From the NCBI RefSeq assembly GCF_001194135.2, contig NC_068983.1, positions 148,121,299-148,154,898 on the forward strand: a DNA stretch of 33,600 nt, in the 5' to 3' direction. The notes under the pieces are model-generated. The model was not told the origin of the DNA and did not search any database. It saw only the letters and a program-made list of their open reading frames with translations. The DNA is from Octopus bimaculoides (Eukaryota). Shown piece after piece: positions 1 to 12,699 of the stretch (its first letter is position 1; each line of letters begins with the position of its first letter). The translations under genes were made by a program, and so were the position numbers.

Positions 1-321
1 TATATATATATATATATATGAATATATATATAATTTACATATCTGTAATTTACATGTGACAATTATTCGGTAGCCATGTTAAAACACCGAGTTTTGGATG
101 TCTGAGCGGAAACCCACGCCGCCATCTCTTCAGTTACCTGGCCATCAAAAATATGCTATATAAATGACCGTTAAACAAAGGGAAATTACTGTGTAAAAAT
201 GTCCATAGTAATCGCGCTAACAATAGTTAGCGAGCTAACAATGCATCTAATCTGTAAGTTTGTTGCGTGATATGTATGTGTGTGTGTGTTCAAGATCTAA
301 TTTGCGAGTTTGTTGTGCAAC

Positions 322-322
<1 letters not shown>

Positions 323-413
<91 letters not shown>

Positions 414-424
414 TTAGATAGATA
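323..424. repeat. (GATA)n tetranucleotide microsatellite
   Basis: Near-perfect TAGA/GATA run of about 25 units read directly from the sequence. Confidence 0.97.
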
Positions 425-619
425 CACGCACGTGCATTAAAAAATTACACATAGAAAAATTAAAGCTATTAAATGATATCACGGAGCTTCAAATATCAGG
501 TGACATATGCAAAATTCAGGCAATATTTTACAAAACACACTATACTGTTATCAGGAAGGACTTCCTAATGATTTCGTATTTAATTATAACATGACATCAA
601 ACGCATGTAGATATATTTG

Positions 620-700
620 TCTTGCCGTCAGCTAATACTAGACAAGGCTTGTTGCTCGAATCGAACTCACGAACCGGAAGCCACGAGTCTATAACATCAT
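620..700 (-). mobile_element. Possible degenerate tRNA-derived SINE head fragment
   Basis: Minus strand reads ...CCGGTTCGTGAGTTCGATTCGAGC..., a B-box-like motif resembling the SINE head at 27999. Short match only. Confidence 0.3.
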
Positions 701-1165
701 TCATTGTAATATGAACAATTCGTTATCGAACTTTTATGATATGATCAATAACAATGAAAACAGAAATATATTTCTAAATGTTTTTGTTGTTTAGAACAAA
801 GAATATAGATAAAATAGTAGTCCAAACGAATGATTTCGCAAAACCATATTGCCTTACACTCATACACACTCATACATGCGCTTATTCACACATATACATA
901 TATTTACACTCTCAAACACACACGTTCACATACATGCTTCACAAATAATAGGAAATATATAGATATATGCAAATATAGAACTGTATATGCAAATATATAT
1001 TTGCGTTTGTCTGTGTGCACGTGCATATATATATGAACACAAAGAGAGAAGGAGAGGGAGACAAAGACAAACAGTGGGAAAATTAGATAGCTAAATACAG
1101 AGATAGGTATAGATGTAAATATCTATATGAAAACACATACAGGTACACATATTAGTGGGTATATG

Positions 1166-1206
<41 letters not shown>

Positions 1207-1227
1207 ATAAGTCCCTTTGTTAACACG

Positions 1228-1258
<31 letters not shown>

Positions 1259-1699
1259 GATTGTGAGTGTTTTTGCGTCTATGTACGCGCTTCTATGTAT
1301 AATACGAGAGCATGTACTTAAGTGAGTTTATGAGTTTAGATCATTTCCAAAATTTAATATTTATAGTTTAGGAAAGCCTTTGATAACTTTGTGACTGTAG
1401 CGTTGTACTATAAATATTAACTGCAAATCTGTTTCTATAAAGTGGAACAGAAGTAATAATATGCAATCTGTATTGATAGTTTCAGCAGAAGGTCATTTCT
1501 GGAATTGTATGTTATAATTTCCCGGGTGATTATCTGTCAAAGCGTATGTTTAGACAATCTAAATTTCCGAAACAAGGTCAAAGCAAAAATGTCATATAGT
1601 TACACCTCATTAATGCGCACACACACGCACGCATGCTGGCACACACCTACGTACACACACGTATACATACATACATACATACATACATACACCTGTATG

Positions 1700-1740
<41 letters not shown>

Positions 1741-2967
1741 CATACATATATACATATATATAGTGTGAAGTGAAATCGTTCATAGGGTTAAACAGCATGA
1801 ATGTGAATGATTATGTTACAGGGTGATGTACTGAATGCCGTATGCAATAAACTGTTACGTTATTGAAATTACTTTTTAAATTTGGAAAAGAAAACAATAT
1901 ACATTTCAAGATAAGCTATGTTCCCGCCCCATTGAAATCTATTCGATGAAACTTTAGGGGGAAAAATGTGAATAGTTGTAAATGAGTTATTAGTCAGAAA
2001 GATATATAAATTTTACGTAGAGAGATAAGCAAATAGGTAATTTGGTATAAAAAAAGAAAGAATAGAATTATAGTTGGCCAGAATTGTATTGCTTTATGTA
2101 CTCCTCTGTACATTGTATAATTGATTCATTGAAGTCTGGAAACTATAATGTAACATTATATCTATTGGATAGTCTTACAGTGAATTACCAAATAATTCAT
2201 GATAAGAACTGTATCCTGCTTACAGCTAGTTATTAGCGAAATTACACTCACTCACGACCTTTCCACATCCTTTTTGCTACTTTGTTTCTCAAACCTCCAT
2301 CCCACCAAACGCACACACAAACACACACCATAAACTAAAATAAAGTGTGCATTTACTTATTAACTATGTTTTCATCATCAAAAATGACCAGAATAGGTAT
2401 AAATACAATGATTATAAAATAATATTAGGTATTTATGGTCGAGCAAACATTTGAGTTATATCTGGACTATTCTGATCTACAGAATTATAGTTTCCAACTA
2501 CGAGGCAATGTTTTCTCCAAATCTGTATAGTGAACTCCTACACCGATTGCCGGCTTTTACTTTATAGGCATGGCGTTAAATATAGAGATTGGAAAAATAT
2601 TAGGAGATTAACTAACATTATTCGCTGAAGAAAGAAAGAGCCGAATAAATAAACATTTGTAAGACTTGAAACAAATGAACTTCAAGTTCAAATATACTGT
2701 GGTTGTTGGTTATTCATAAGTGTTTGATGGCAGTTAATTAACTCCATGTACGTCAGTGTGCCTAAGTTTCGGTAAGGTATCTAATCTTCAATGAAATATA
2801 AGCTAGACAGTCATCATTGAGGGCCGAATATATAATCATATAGCTACTACTACTACTACTACTACAATCTGTTACAAGAAAAATTCTTGAAGCTTCACGA
2901 GAACTGTTGTCACCAAATCTTTGGATAACATACATGCTAATTAAATTAGCATGCAATAGCTTCTGTA

Positions 2968-2990
2968 TAATAATAATAATAACAATAATC

Positions 2991-3079
<89 letters not shown>

Positions 3080-3124
3080 AAGAAGAAGAAGAAGAAGAAA
3101 AAGAAGAAAAAGTAGAAGAAGAGG
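2968..3124. repeat. Compound (TAA)n-(GAA)n microsatellite
   Basis: Direct reading. Explains the poly-I/poly-R pseudo-ORF 2907-3167. Confidence 0.95.
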
Positions 3125-3691
3125 AAGGTTGTCTTGGTTATTTTGTTCAATAGCATTTCACTATTAGCTTATTAAAACAAAATACAAATTCTTTATGTGT
3201 TTTAAGGAAAAGAAAGGTTATATCTATATCTCTCTATCTATCTAGCNNNNNNNNNNNNNNNNNNNNNNNNNNNNNNNNNNNNNNNNNNNNNNNNNNNNNN
3301 NNNNNNNNNNNNNNNNNNNNNNNNNNNNNNNNNNNNNNNNNNNNNNNNNNNNNNNNNNNNNNNNNNNNNNNNNNNNNNNNNNNNNNNNNNNNNNNNNNNN
3401 NNNNNNNNNNNNNNNNNNNNNNNNNNNNNNNNNNNNNNNNNNNNNNNNNNNNNNNNNNNNNNNNNNNNNNNNNNNNNNNNNNNNNNNNNNNNNNNNNNNN
3501 NNNNNNNNNNNNNNNNNNNNNNNNNNNNNNNNNNNNNNNNNNNNNNNNNNNNNNNNNNNNNNNNNNNNNNNNNNNNNNNNNNNNNNNNNNNNNNNNNNNN
3601 NNNNNNNNNNNNNNNNNNNNNNNNNNNNNNNNNNNNNNNNNNNNNNNNNNNNNNNNNNNNNNNNNNNNNNNNNNNNNNNNNNNNNNNNNNN

Positions 3692-3988
3692 ACTGACCTT
3701 GGCGAGAGAGACAAAAACCTGGCAATCTTATATCTTCTTTTCCAGTGAAATTCTTCACTGATATCGAAAAGGTGAAAACAAGCAATGTTAATTCTCTAAA
3801 TGAAGTATTAACAGTAACTGCACGATAAAGTGTAGTATATTGCCACTTAAGTGTGGCTGACCCCTAGGGGTGGATGTTACTGTTGCTTTTAGCCCCAGGA
3901 GGACATCTCCTCCAGCTGGCTTATCGACGCACGACTGTGTCCTGTTTGCCAAGGGAAGTTATCCCTCTCACCACGATCTGCAGCACGA
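3692..3988 (-). mobile_element. Retrozyme-like repeat, copy 1 (nearly one full monomer; continues into gap)
   Basis: 3693-3801 matches the reverse complement of 19711-19819 and 3830-3988 matches the reverse complement of 19869-20027 with only a few substitutions, but the blocks are in permuted order. On the minus strand it starts 3 nt after the predicted hammerhead cleavage site and enters the gap where the next hammerhead would begin. Confidence 0.75.
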
Positions 3989-3989
3989 T

Positions 3990-4167
3990 CTTTTAGCCTG
4001 GAGCACCGCCTTTAGTCGAGCAAATCGACTCCAGGAATTATTCTTTGGCAGCCTAGTACTTATTCTATCGGTCTGTTTTGCCGAACCGCTAAGTTACGGG
4101 GATGTAAACACACCACCATCGGTTGTCAGGCGATGTTGGGGGGACAAACACAGACACACAAACATAT

Positions 4168-4220
<53 letters not shown>

Positions 4221-4386
4221 TACGACGAGCTTCTTTCAGTTTCCGTCTACCAAATCCACTCACAAGGCTTTGGTCGACTCGAGGCTATAGTAGAAGACAC
4301 TTGTCCAAGGTCCCACGCAGTGGGAATGAACTCGGAACCATGTGGCTGGTAAGCAAGCTACTTACCACACAGCCACGCCTGCGCCT
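3990..4386 (-). mobile_element. tRNA-derived SINE, family A (shortened 3' tail)
   Basis: Highly similar to 7914-8350. Minus strand begins AGGCGCAGGCGTGGCTGTGTGGTAAG (A-box-like) ... GGTTCCGAGTTCATTCCC (B-box-like), followed by a CORE-like CCTTGG(G/A)CAAGTG block and an internal (CA)/(TA) tract. Confidence 0.85.
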
Positions 4387-4725
4387 ATATATATATTAAA
4401 GATAAACAAGAATAAAAATTCTTCTTTCTTAAAATTGGGTGTGCATTAATTTACATATTTCAGTGTTTTGAAAAAAATCTTATCAAAAATAAGTATAAAA
4501 TATGTGTAAAGAGAAGAGAGCTATTAACAAAATTAAATTAAAATTAAAATTAAGAATAACATTCATAGTGTACTGTTCTTTCTTCTTACATAAGCACGTG
4601 GTCCTTTCGTTCTGGAGGCATGGCAAGTTCAACTCATATATATATATATATATACATATACTTATATATATCCATCACTCAATGTATCTCTCTAGTATAT
4701 AATTGTGAATATATGCATATACATA

Positions 4726-4768
<43 letters not shown>

Positions 4769-4909
4769 TAGTAGGTGAACACACGCAAGAAATGGGTATT
4801 CGGCACATTTAGTAGGAGTAACATAGCCATAACACCATATGGCCTTCCTTAGCGAATAGCAGTCCATCTTCCGGTAGCCGTTAGGGACCGAATCAAATTA
4901 TTTTAAATA

Positions 4910-4930
4910 ACATACACACACACACACATA

Positions 4931-5003
<73 letters not shown>
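4910..5003. repeat. Compound (CA)n/(CT)n/(CA)n microsatellite
   Basis: Direct reading. Confidence 0.92.
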
Positions 5004-5005
<2 letters not shown>

Positions 5006-5694
5006 ACGCACATACGTAAATTAAAGACACGATATTTTGAAAGCTCTAATGCCAATACTGTAAATCTTTGTGTGTGTGTGTGTGCATGTGTGCATCTTCG
5101 AATACAACGTATATAGAAAGTAGGACTGGTACTTTGCAGAGAGCTTACAGTAGCCAAAGAATGAATAATTCCTTCTAATTTCTCTCCTCAATTTAAAGGG
5201 TAAACTGATTTATGAAGCCCTGTCAAGAAAAATATCAATATCCAAGCAGTGAATAAAACCATATACATACCAATGCACAAAGTATGTGACGCTGAACCCC
5301 TAATTTACTTTGAGCAGGCCCAAATAATTTGGAATAAAGAGGAAGAAAAGATAGCGAAGTTCTCGATTGAACTGTTAAATACATCTGGATCAGTTCCTTA
5401 AGTGCAAATACACAAAGTGTTGTTTTGTTTTGTTTCGGTTTTTTTTTTTTATTCCAAGATGTCTGAACATCTAATGTGGTATATTTCATGAGCATTGATG
5501 TGGTTTACCACCGTTGAAGCCCTTGTGAACTCAAATTTAGAGAAGATGGAGCAATATTATGGGACAACTAAAAGTTACCACTTATACCATATATCACCGT
5601 TTATTGTGTATAAAATAGCATTATAAAAATAACAGCATGTATTAATATTTGTTGATTCTAAAGAGCGTCAGACAAAACACTCAACTGTATTAAG

Positions 5695-5830
5695 TTATAA
5701 GTTACGTTTTGAATTCTGGAGTCGACTTTGCCTTTTATGCATTCTGTAGTCTATAAAATAATCACCAAACAATTACTGGGATCGATAGGAATCAACTACA
5801 CAGCTCCTGCTTCCACCACTTCCATCTCCT
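5695..5830 (+). mobile_element. Degenerate SINE family B fragment
   Basis: TTACGTTTTGAATT...GAGTCGACTTTGCCTTT...ACTGGGATCGAT...AATCAACT aligns loosely to the younger copies at 24731 and 31273. Confidence 0.55.
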
Positions 5831-6190
5831 TTAAAATGGGCTGATCTCTGCCTATAGTAGAGAACAGTATTTTAATATCAGATGAGTGGACGTGGAGATT
5901 AAATTGTCGGCATAAAAAGAAAACCTGAAGCAAAAATGTGGATATAATTCTTTTGTGTTCACTTTTCTTTTACATTTATTTTCTGCAAATAATCAAATAA
6001 ATGGTAACAGTGAGTATGATAAAGTAGATGATAACTTTATGCGGAAACCGGATATATGAATATGATCAGATTTGGAACGAAATATAGTCAAATGAATTAC
6101 ACCCGCCACATACACTTACGTACAAACAATCACATACATATCCAAGTATAAATGAATACATACACACACACACACACACACACCCACACC

Positions 6191-6252
<62 letters not shown>

Positions 6253-7414
6253 CACATATACATAGATATACATACAAAGATATATATATACACATACACA
6301 CATTGTTCTATCTCTCTTCCTATGTGTGTGTATGTATATGCATTTGAACGCTTAGTCTTTAACATCGCGTATATCAAATGAAATACTAAGAAGATGCGGG
6401 TCGCCAGTAAAAGTTAATGAATCAAGCTTTGTCTCTTCCTAACTCTATATATCTCAATATTTCACCATAACTCTCTGTGCCTCTTTTTGTCGTGCTTTTT
6501 TTTCTTTTACTCTTTCCTTATCTATACTTTCTATATCTGCATTACTCAGTGTAATTACAATAAAGCAAACAGACAAAGCCAGCTGAGTGACACATTCCAA
6601 ATTTAGAAGTGGGGGGAAAAAGACAATTACTACAGCAATATAATTTTCCGCTATTGTAACGGTGATATATTATCTTCAATCTCAGTTTCGTCATGTTTGT
6701 ATGTATGCTTGAATATGAATATAAATACATATATGCGTATGTACGTATCTATGTATTATATACTTGAATGTATATATCGAGAAAGAGGGAGGGGGTAGAG
6801 AGAGAAAGAAAAAGGAGGGAAAGAGAGAAATAGTAAGGAGAAGTAGGAAAGAAAAGTAATTAGAAATGATGCTAAAACTCTTCGTTGATGCTACTCCGAA
6901 TTATGCGAGTATTTCCGCTAACAAAGACATGCTTAAAACTTTGATGAAGCTAATAGAGTAAATTCAACTGAATACACACATACACACACAAACGTACGCA
7001 TATATAAATGAATATCTACATGAATACACAGAATTATGTGTTTGTATGCAAGCACACACACAGGCATACATATTCATGATCATAAGTAAATATGGCCTAT
7101 GTACACGCGTGATAATGTGTGTGCATGTGTGTGTGTGTTTTTTCTGTGTGTAAGCCTACGCGAGAGAGAAGAAAATACAAGAAATTGAAAATAAGCTTGA
7201 AGTCCTTAAGATATTTTATTTACCTTTACATTAACAGTTTAACAATTTCTTGTCTTTTCAGGCGTTGTAAGTCAAATACTTTTGATATTAAAACAGTGAA
7301 ACCGGTGAAGTACATACAAAATTTGTTTTCGTAAAAACTACAACTACATTTTCAATTTCTTTTGTTCATATTTTTCTTCAAAGTTATCTTTTGTGTGTCT
7401 GTGTGTGTGTTATG

Positions 7415-7451
<37 letters not shown>

Positions 7452-7588
7452 NNNNNNNNNNNNNNNNNNNNNNNNNNNNNNNNNNNNNNNNNNNNNNNNN
7501 NNNNNNNNNNNNNNNNNNNNNNNNNNNNNNNNNNNNNNNNNNNNNNNNNNNNNNNNNNNNNNNNNNNNNNNNNNNNNNNNNNNNNNNN

Positions 7589-7620
<32 letters not shown>

Positions 7621-7659
7621 TTATCCTGACTAAATAACCCGTCGACTCATTCAAGCTGC

Positions 7660-7865
7660 CAAAGGCTCACTTGCTTTGGCTGAATCATTAAGATGTCGAA
7701 GAGAACTTCTTTACGTTGTGTGTTCAAATTTCTCCGACGTCATCTTTTCTTATTACCTTTACCAAATCCTTAAATGAAGAAGTAGTAAAGTGCTGAGGCC
7801 AATATAATCTAGTAATTACGTCCCCACAAATTTCTGGCCTTGTGCATATATCAAAATTTATTAGG
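7660..7865 (+). mobile_element. Degenerate SINE family B copy
   Basis: TTGGCTGAATCATTAAG...TTCTTTACGTTGTGTGTTCAAATT...CAAATTTCTGGCCTTGTGC matches the family B head, middle and 3' end. Confidence 0.6.
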
Positions 7866-7913
7866 AATTGAAGTTTCTTGAAATTAATTATAAACAAACA
7901 TACGTGCGCACAT

Positions 7914-8121
7914 CTCTTTTACTCTTTTACTTGTTTCAGTCATTTGACTGCGGCCATGCTGGAGCACCGCCTTTAGTCGAGCAAATCGACCCCAGGACTT
8001 ATTCATGGGAAGCCTAGTTCTTATTCTATCGGTCTCTTTTGCCGAACCACTAGATTACGGGGACGTAAACACACCAGCATCGGTTGTCAAGCGATGTTGG
8101 GGGACAAACACAGACACACAA

Positions 8122-8172
<51 letters not shown>

Positions 8173-8350
8173 CATATACATATATACGTCGGGCTTCTTT
8201 CAGTTTCCGTCTACGAAATCCACTCACAAGGCTTTGGTTGGCCCGAGGCTATAGTAGAAGACACTTGCCCAAGGTGCCACGCAGTGGAACTGAACCCGGA
8301 ACCATGTGGTTCGTAAGCAAGCTACTTACAACACAGCCACTCCTACACCT
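7914..8350 (-). mobile_element. tRNA-derived SINE, family A (full length)
   Basis: A/B-box-like head at the right end, CCTTGGGCAAGTGTCTTC CORE-like block, internal (CA)n(TA)n, and a tandem GTAAAAGA 3' tail at the left end. Paralog at 3990-4386. Confidence 0.9.
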
Positions 8351-10649
8351 ATATGCTTATCTATATATGCTTCTCACAGCATTTATATATTTTGATCTGT
8401 TTATATATATATTTAGTGTGAGTTGCTTTGTCCTAAGCCTAACATACAAGACATATAAAATGTATACTTTATCAAATAGTTGATATAACTGAACGTTCCA
8501 CAGTAAATGTCACGTAAATACATATATAGGAGTATTTAGGCTCGCTACAGGAACCGTTACAAGTTTCTATATCGTGCCCTCAAAACTTTAAGTCGCATAG
8601 GGCCAAATCAAACCGTTTTAAATAATGATATAACTCCTACTAAATGTGTTGAGTTCCCCTTTCTTTAGTTTGTGCACTCACTTGTATATGTATGTGTATG
8701 TTTGTGTATATATGTGTGTGTGCGCGTGTGCATGAGTTTGTGTATGTGTGTGTTTGTGTACGTATGTGCGTGCTTTTTGTATTTATGTATTATAAAGCAG
8801 ATGTTCACGTTCATGCCATTATCATCATCGTCATCACCACCATCATCACTATCATCTGCAGCAGCAGCAATAACACAAAGGCGTTCGATAAGCAGAGTTA
8901 GTGAACTGCCAATATTAACTTCATCGTTCATCCCTATCAGCTGGATAATTAGATTTAACGATCATTTCCTAGGAAAAATTAACTTAACAGTCCTCCCTAT
9001 TCCCGAATTTTTGTTCTTTTATCATTACTATCATCACTACTGCTGTGGTTGCCACCGTAGAGTATGTGCTTGTTCTCGGTAATCCATGACCGAATCTCGC
9101 TTTCAATACACAGCTGAAGTGACAATTATTTTACTTGATGACATTGAGAAGTCATATATGAAATATAACGCCTTTGAGACTATTCAAATATATTGTAACA
9201 TCTTTCTACATTCATTGTTCTCATGACACAAACATGGTGTTGTGCTTTGGGGATTGACATTTTGAAGGAAAAGTTGTTATCAGAGAATTAGTTATGTAGC
9301 GTTTTAAGACATTTCGAATATGATTACTATCAACAAATTTGTGACCCTATGTTTTCGGTGAAACGGATATTTAATCTGGTTTCAATTCCAATTTGTTACA
9401 TTTTTCTCTTTCAGTGCTCATAAAATCCGAATTCCATTGTTTTACGAATCAGAGATACAATGGTAATATAAGAAATAAAATCGTTTTATTCTATTTCCTT
9501 GAGATTTAAACTAAAGTAATATTCGGTATAAGAGATAAAGCTGGTCGAGATGAAATTGTATTATGCGTGCGGATCAAAATGTCATCTCCTAACAATACTT
9601 AACATTTAATCACACATTCCAACTATCTATTTAATACATATAATACAGGACTATAGTTATATCCTATGACCTGTACGACACTATAAATATATAGTCGACT
9701 GAATGGACAAAATATATTATTATTAGTTATCTCACTGGCATGTTGCTGAAAATTTGGTAATTCTGACGGGAAATAAATGCTTTGAACTTTTAATCCAAAA
9801 AGGAAAGAAATCACTTAATTCAATAAGCAAAGCATTACGTTTCAGTAAAACATAAAAAAATTGGTTGATGTTGTCAGCTCGAATGTTTGTAGAGTTGTGA
9901 CTGTAGAATATGTGTCAGGAAGTGGGATCTAGAAGATCTTGGTCTTGCGATGGAAGGAGTGAATTTTAGTGTGAATTCTAGGTGTAAATTTTTAGCAAGG
10001 ACGACACTAGTAAGCAAAGAAGGTATACCTAATAAACTCAAGCAAGAGTGGTACACATTTTGCGCTTTCACCTTACAATGCCTCCATAAAATTTTAAAAA
10101 ACTCAAAATATCATTAACGTAAAGGGAGTCCTAGAGTAGATTAAATGTACTATCAGCGATTTTGTGTAAGTGGAACCCTTGACCTAGACTTCGTTATCAC
10201 AGAACAGTTAGAATTATTTGTTTTTATTTTACTGTTTGCATAAATAGGCTTAAAGCTACAAAATTAATCAGTGGCTGAATTAGAGATCGTTTAACTGTCA
10301 CACTTGTTTTAATTGACATATATTTTAGTTAGAACCAGTGGCCTTATGTCCTTTCATGAAAAAGGCAACGTCTTACTCTGTAGCGAACTATATTAAGTTC
10401 ACAACATAATACTTTTCCAGTAGAAAATGACAATGAATTCAAGTAAGTGGGTCGTCAAATATTATGTAGGCACCCCCCCCCTCCAAAAAAAAATCTCATG
10501 AAATCCACTACCTTAAGCATTTTACTCCGAAGTCGTTAATGAGTTACTGCATCATCATTGAAGACTTGGTGTACCTTATCTAAAGCAAATTAGATATCAT
10601 CTTATGAAGAAATTCATTTCGCAATTGCGCTACTGTATGATCGTCATCA

Positions 10650-10740
10650 CTATGCAAAGCTTTAGGTAAAAGCTTCCAAACAAAACCTTGAGTCACCAAA
10701 CCCTTGTGAATATTTGGTAGACAGAAACTGTATGGAATGG
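10650..10740 (+). mobile_element. Old SINE family A fragment
   Basis: CAAACCCTTGTGAATATTTGGTAGACAGAAACTG resembles CAAAGCCTTGTGAGTGGATTTGGTAGACGGAAACTG in family A. Confidence 0.45.
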
Positions 10741-12587
10741 AGTGCTCCAGTTTTGGGGAGGCAGATTTAATCAAACACTATTTAAAACCACCATCTGAAT
10801 CGTATGTTTCGCTACGCCTACTCTTGCAAGCACTTAAACCAAGCAGATCGCCGATTTGAGGATAATTTCCTTCTTTCTCAACTTCTTCACAACAGAAGCG
10901 GTGGCTCCGATAAAACTCCTCTCATGAAAAACTTCATGAAAAAACTTATTTCAGGAAATCATTTTAAAAAATCAGTCTTGCAGAATCCTGATCTTTTACA
11001 GCTCTAAATGTAATATAAGATGAGCTTAATCCTACAACCCAATGAAACATTGGATAGATCCTATGTACAACTATATGGCAATCAAACATACAACCAACCA
11101 ACTCTCACTATTTCTTTTGGCATATTATCAATTTAGCCGTCGAAGTATTTTAGGGAGTGGTGCTTCTTGGTTAAAACATTTAATATAGATTAATGTAGGT
11201 TATGTTGCTATCAATAATTCCAAACAGATATGTAGATTTCGTGATTAAACTAAATGTCACAGTGGAATCGACAACCCTGAAAACAAAATCTATATCCTTT
11301 GTTAAGTTAACATTAACGCTTGCTTGAATGTGATTATCAATGATGCATCTGAAATCGATCAAAATTTCGTCAGATAACGCCTAAACTCTGAATAGATTTC
11401 GGAAGTTTCTGATTTAACGTTGCACATGTCACATGCTTCTTTAGTCCCATAATAACTCCACCATAAGACGAACTTGTGACTTCTAACTTGTACTGAGTGC
11501 TTTCTTCACTTTGGGTAACTATGAACGTCAGTATAGAAAAAACACATCATTACAATTACTTTCATTTTAATCATATTGAAACATTTCCATGAGTCATAGC
11601 AAATGTGTAAATGAAAAGGTGTTTAGGGGAAATTATTTTAGATTATTACGATGGCTTTGTTTTAATCTTAGGTAGTCATCTATGACACACAAGATTATGC
11701 CATCTATCATTGACTAATTATGCCTTGATTTAGATAAGCAATATTTTTTATACAATTTCAGCTCAACCCTCCAAGAAGTTTCAGTAACAATATATTGTTA
11801 TAGCGATATATTACCTTGCAGTTCGAAACCTCCCGGGCGTTTCAAGTGGAATGAAAAAAAAAACATGTTTTGTTGCAATTATACCGTTCAATAAAACGAC
11901 TTACCCCCTGGTCAACCAGCAGCAATCAATTATGGGATTCTCATCATTTACATATGTCACTAACGCAATTAGCCGTCTTCTCTCTTTGCATTTTCGACCA
12001 CTACTATAGTGATCTCTGTTCTTTAACTGGATATCATAGTAGCACATCTGCTGAGGCATTCAAAATTCAAACGTCTTTTATACTCTCTTCGCCCATACTA
12101 TATCTATCACAATACTATATTCCATAGTAACTGTTATGCACTAACACCAACATCCTCATTATGTCAACACTCCGGAATCGTTCATCCAACTAAATATTTG
12201 GAAATATTCAGGAGGAAGTGTAATAAGTTCGATCTCACCGTTCCATGAGCACTCCCCATCTTTGAGATGCAACTAATATAAAAGTGAGTGATTGCAAAAC
12301 CTTCCCCTCTTCCTATTTGCTCTCAACTATAATTTTCTTAGACTTAAAATATTCCAACACAGCGGCTTCTTAAAACAACTTAAGGACTTATATACAACCT
12401 TTTAAAAGATAGGGAATACAGGTAAACATGTCCTAAATTAACGATAAATTGATATGTCAATATGAAGAAAGTGTGATGTAAGTGTTACTTTCTGTTTGTG
12501 CCTAAGATCTGACATTTATACTTTTCACTGTTTGTTTATGTAATTCATTTATTCAATTATTTGTTCAGTTATTTGCTGATTTCTTAC

Positions 12588-12699
12588 CTTCTGAATTATT
12601 TCTCGTCCTTGATGCCATATATGTCGGTATCAGGGGGCCTTCGAACCCCCCGTCGGCCCCCGAGTTCTCGTGAAGGTGTATCCCAGCCAGAGTAGCGAA
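12588..12699 (-). CDS. Candidate internal exon (112 nt) of an unidentified host gene
   Basis: Minus strand has acceptor TTACTTCCCTTCTTGCAG| and donor AAG|GTAAGA, is GC-rich against AT-rich flanks, and has one open frame (FATLAGIHLHENSGADGGFEGPLIPTYMASRTRNNSE). Protein not recognised; a plus-strand exon reading is also possible. Confidence 0.35.

Noticed and set aside
3693-3785. Shared peptide FTFSISVKNFTGKEDIRLPGFCLS in ORFs 3234-3785 and 18977-19849
   Set aside because: It is simply the translation of the repeated non-coding unit; the ORF lengths are inflated by Ns and there are no RT or GIY-YIG motifs.
830-8931. Many 60-160 aa ORFs rich in YI, HT, CV, poly-I or poly-R
   Set aside because: Translations of microsatellites, SINEs and N-gaps.
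10780-11500. Faint CR1/L2-like peptide hints (PTLAS, IDFVFRVVDS)
   Set aside because: Very short, on opposite strands and not colinear.
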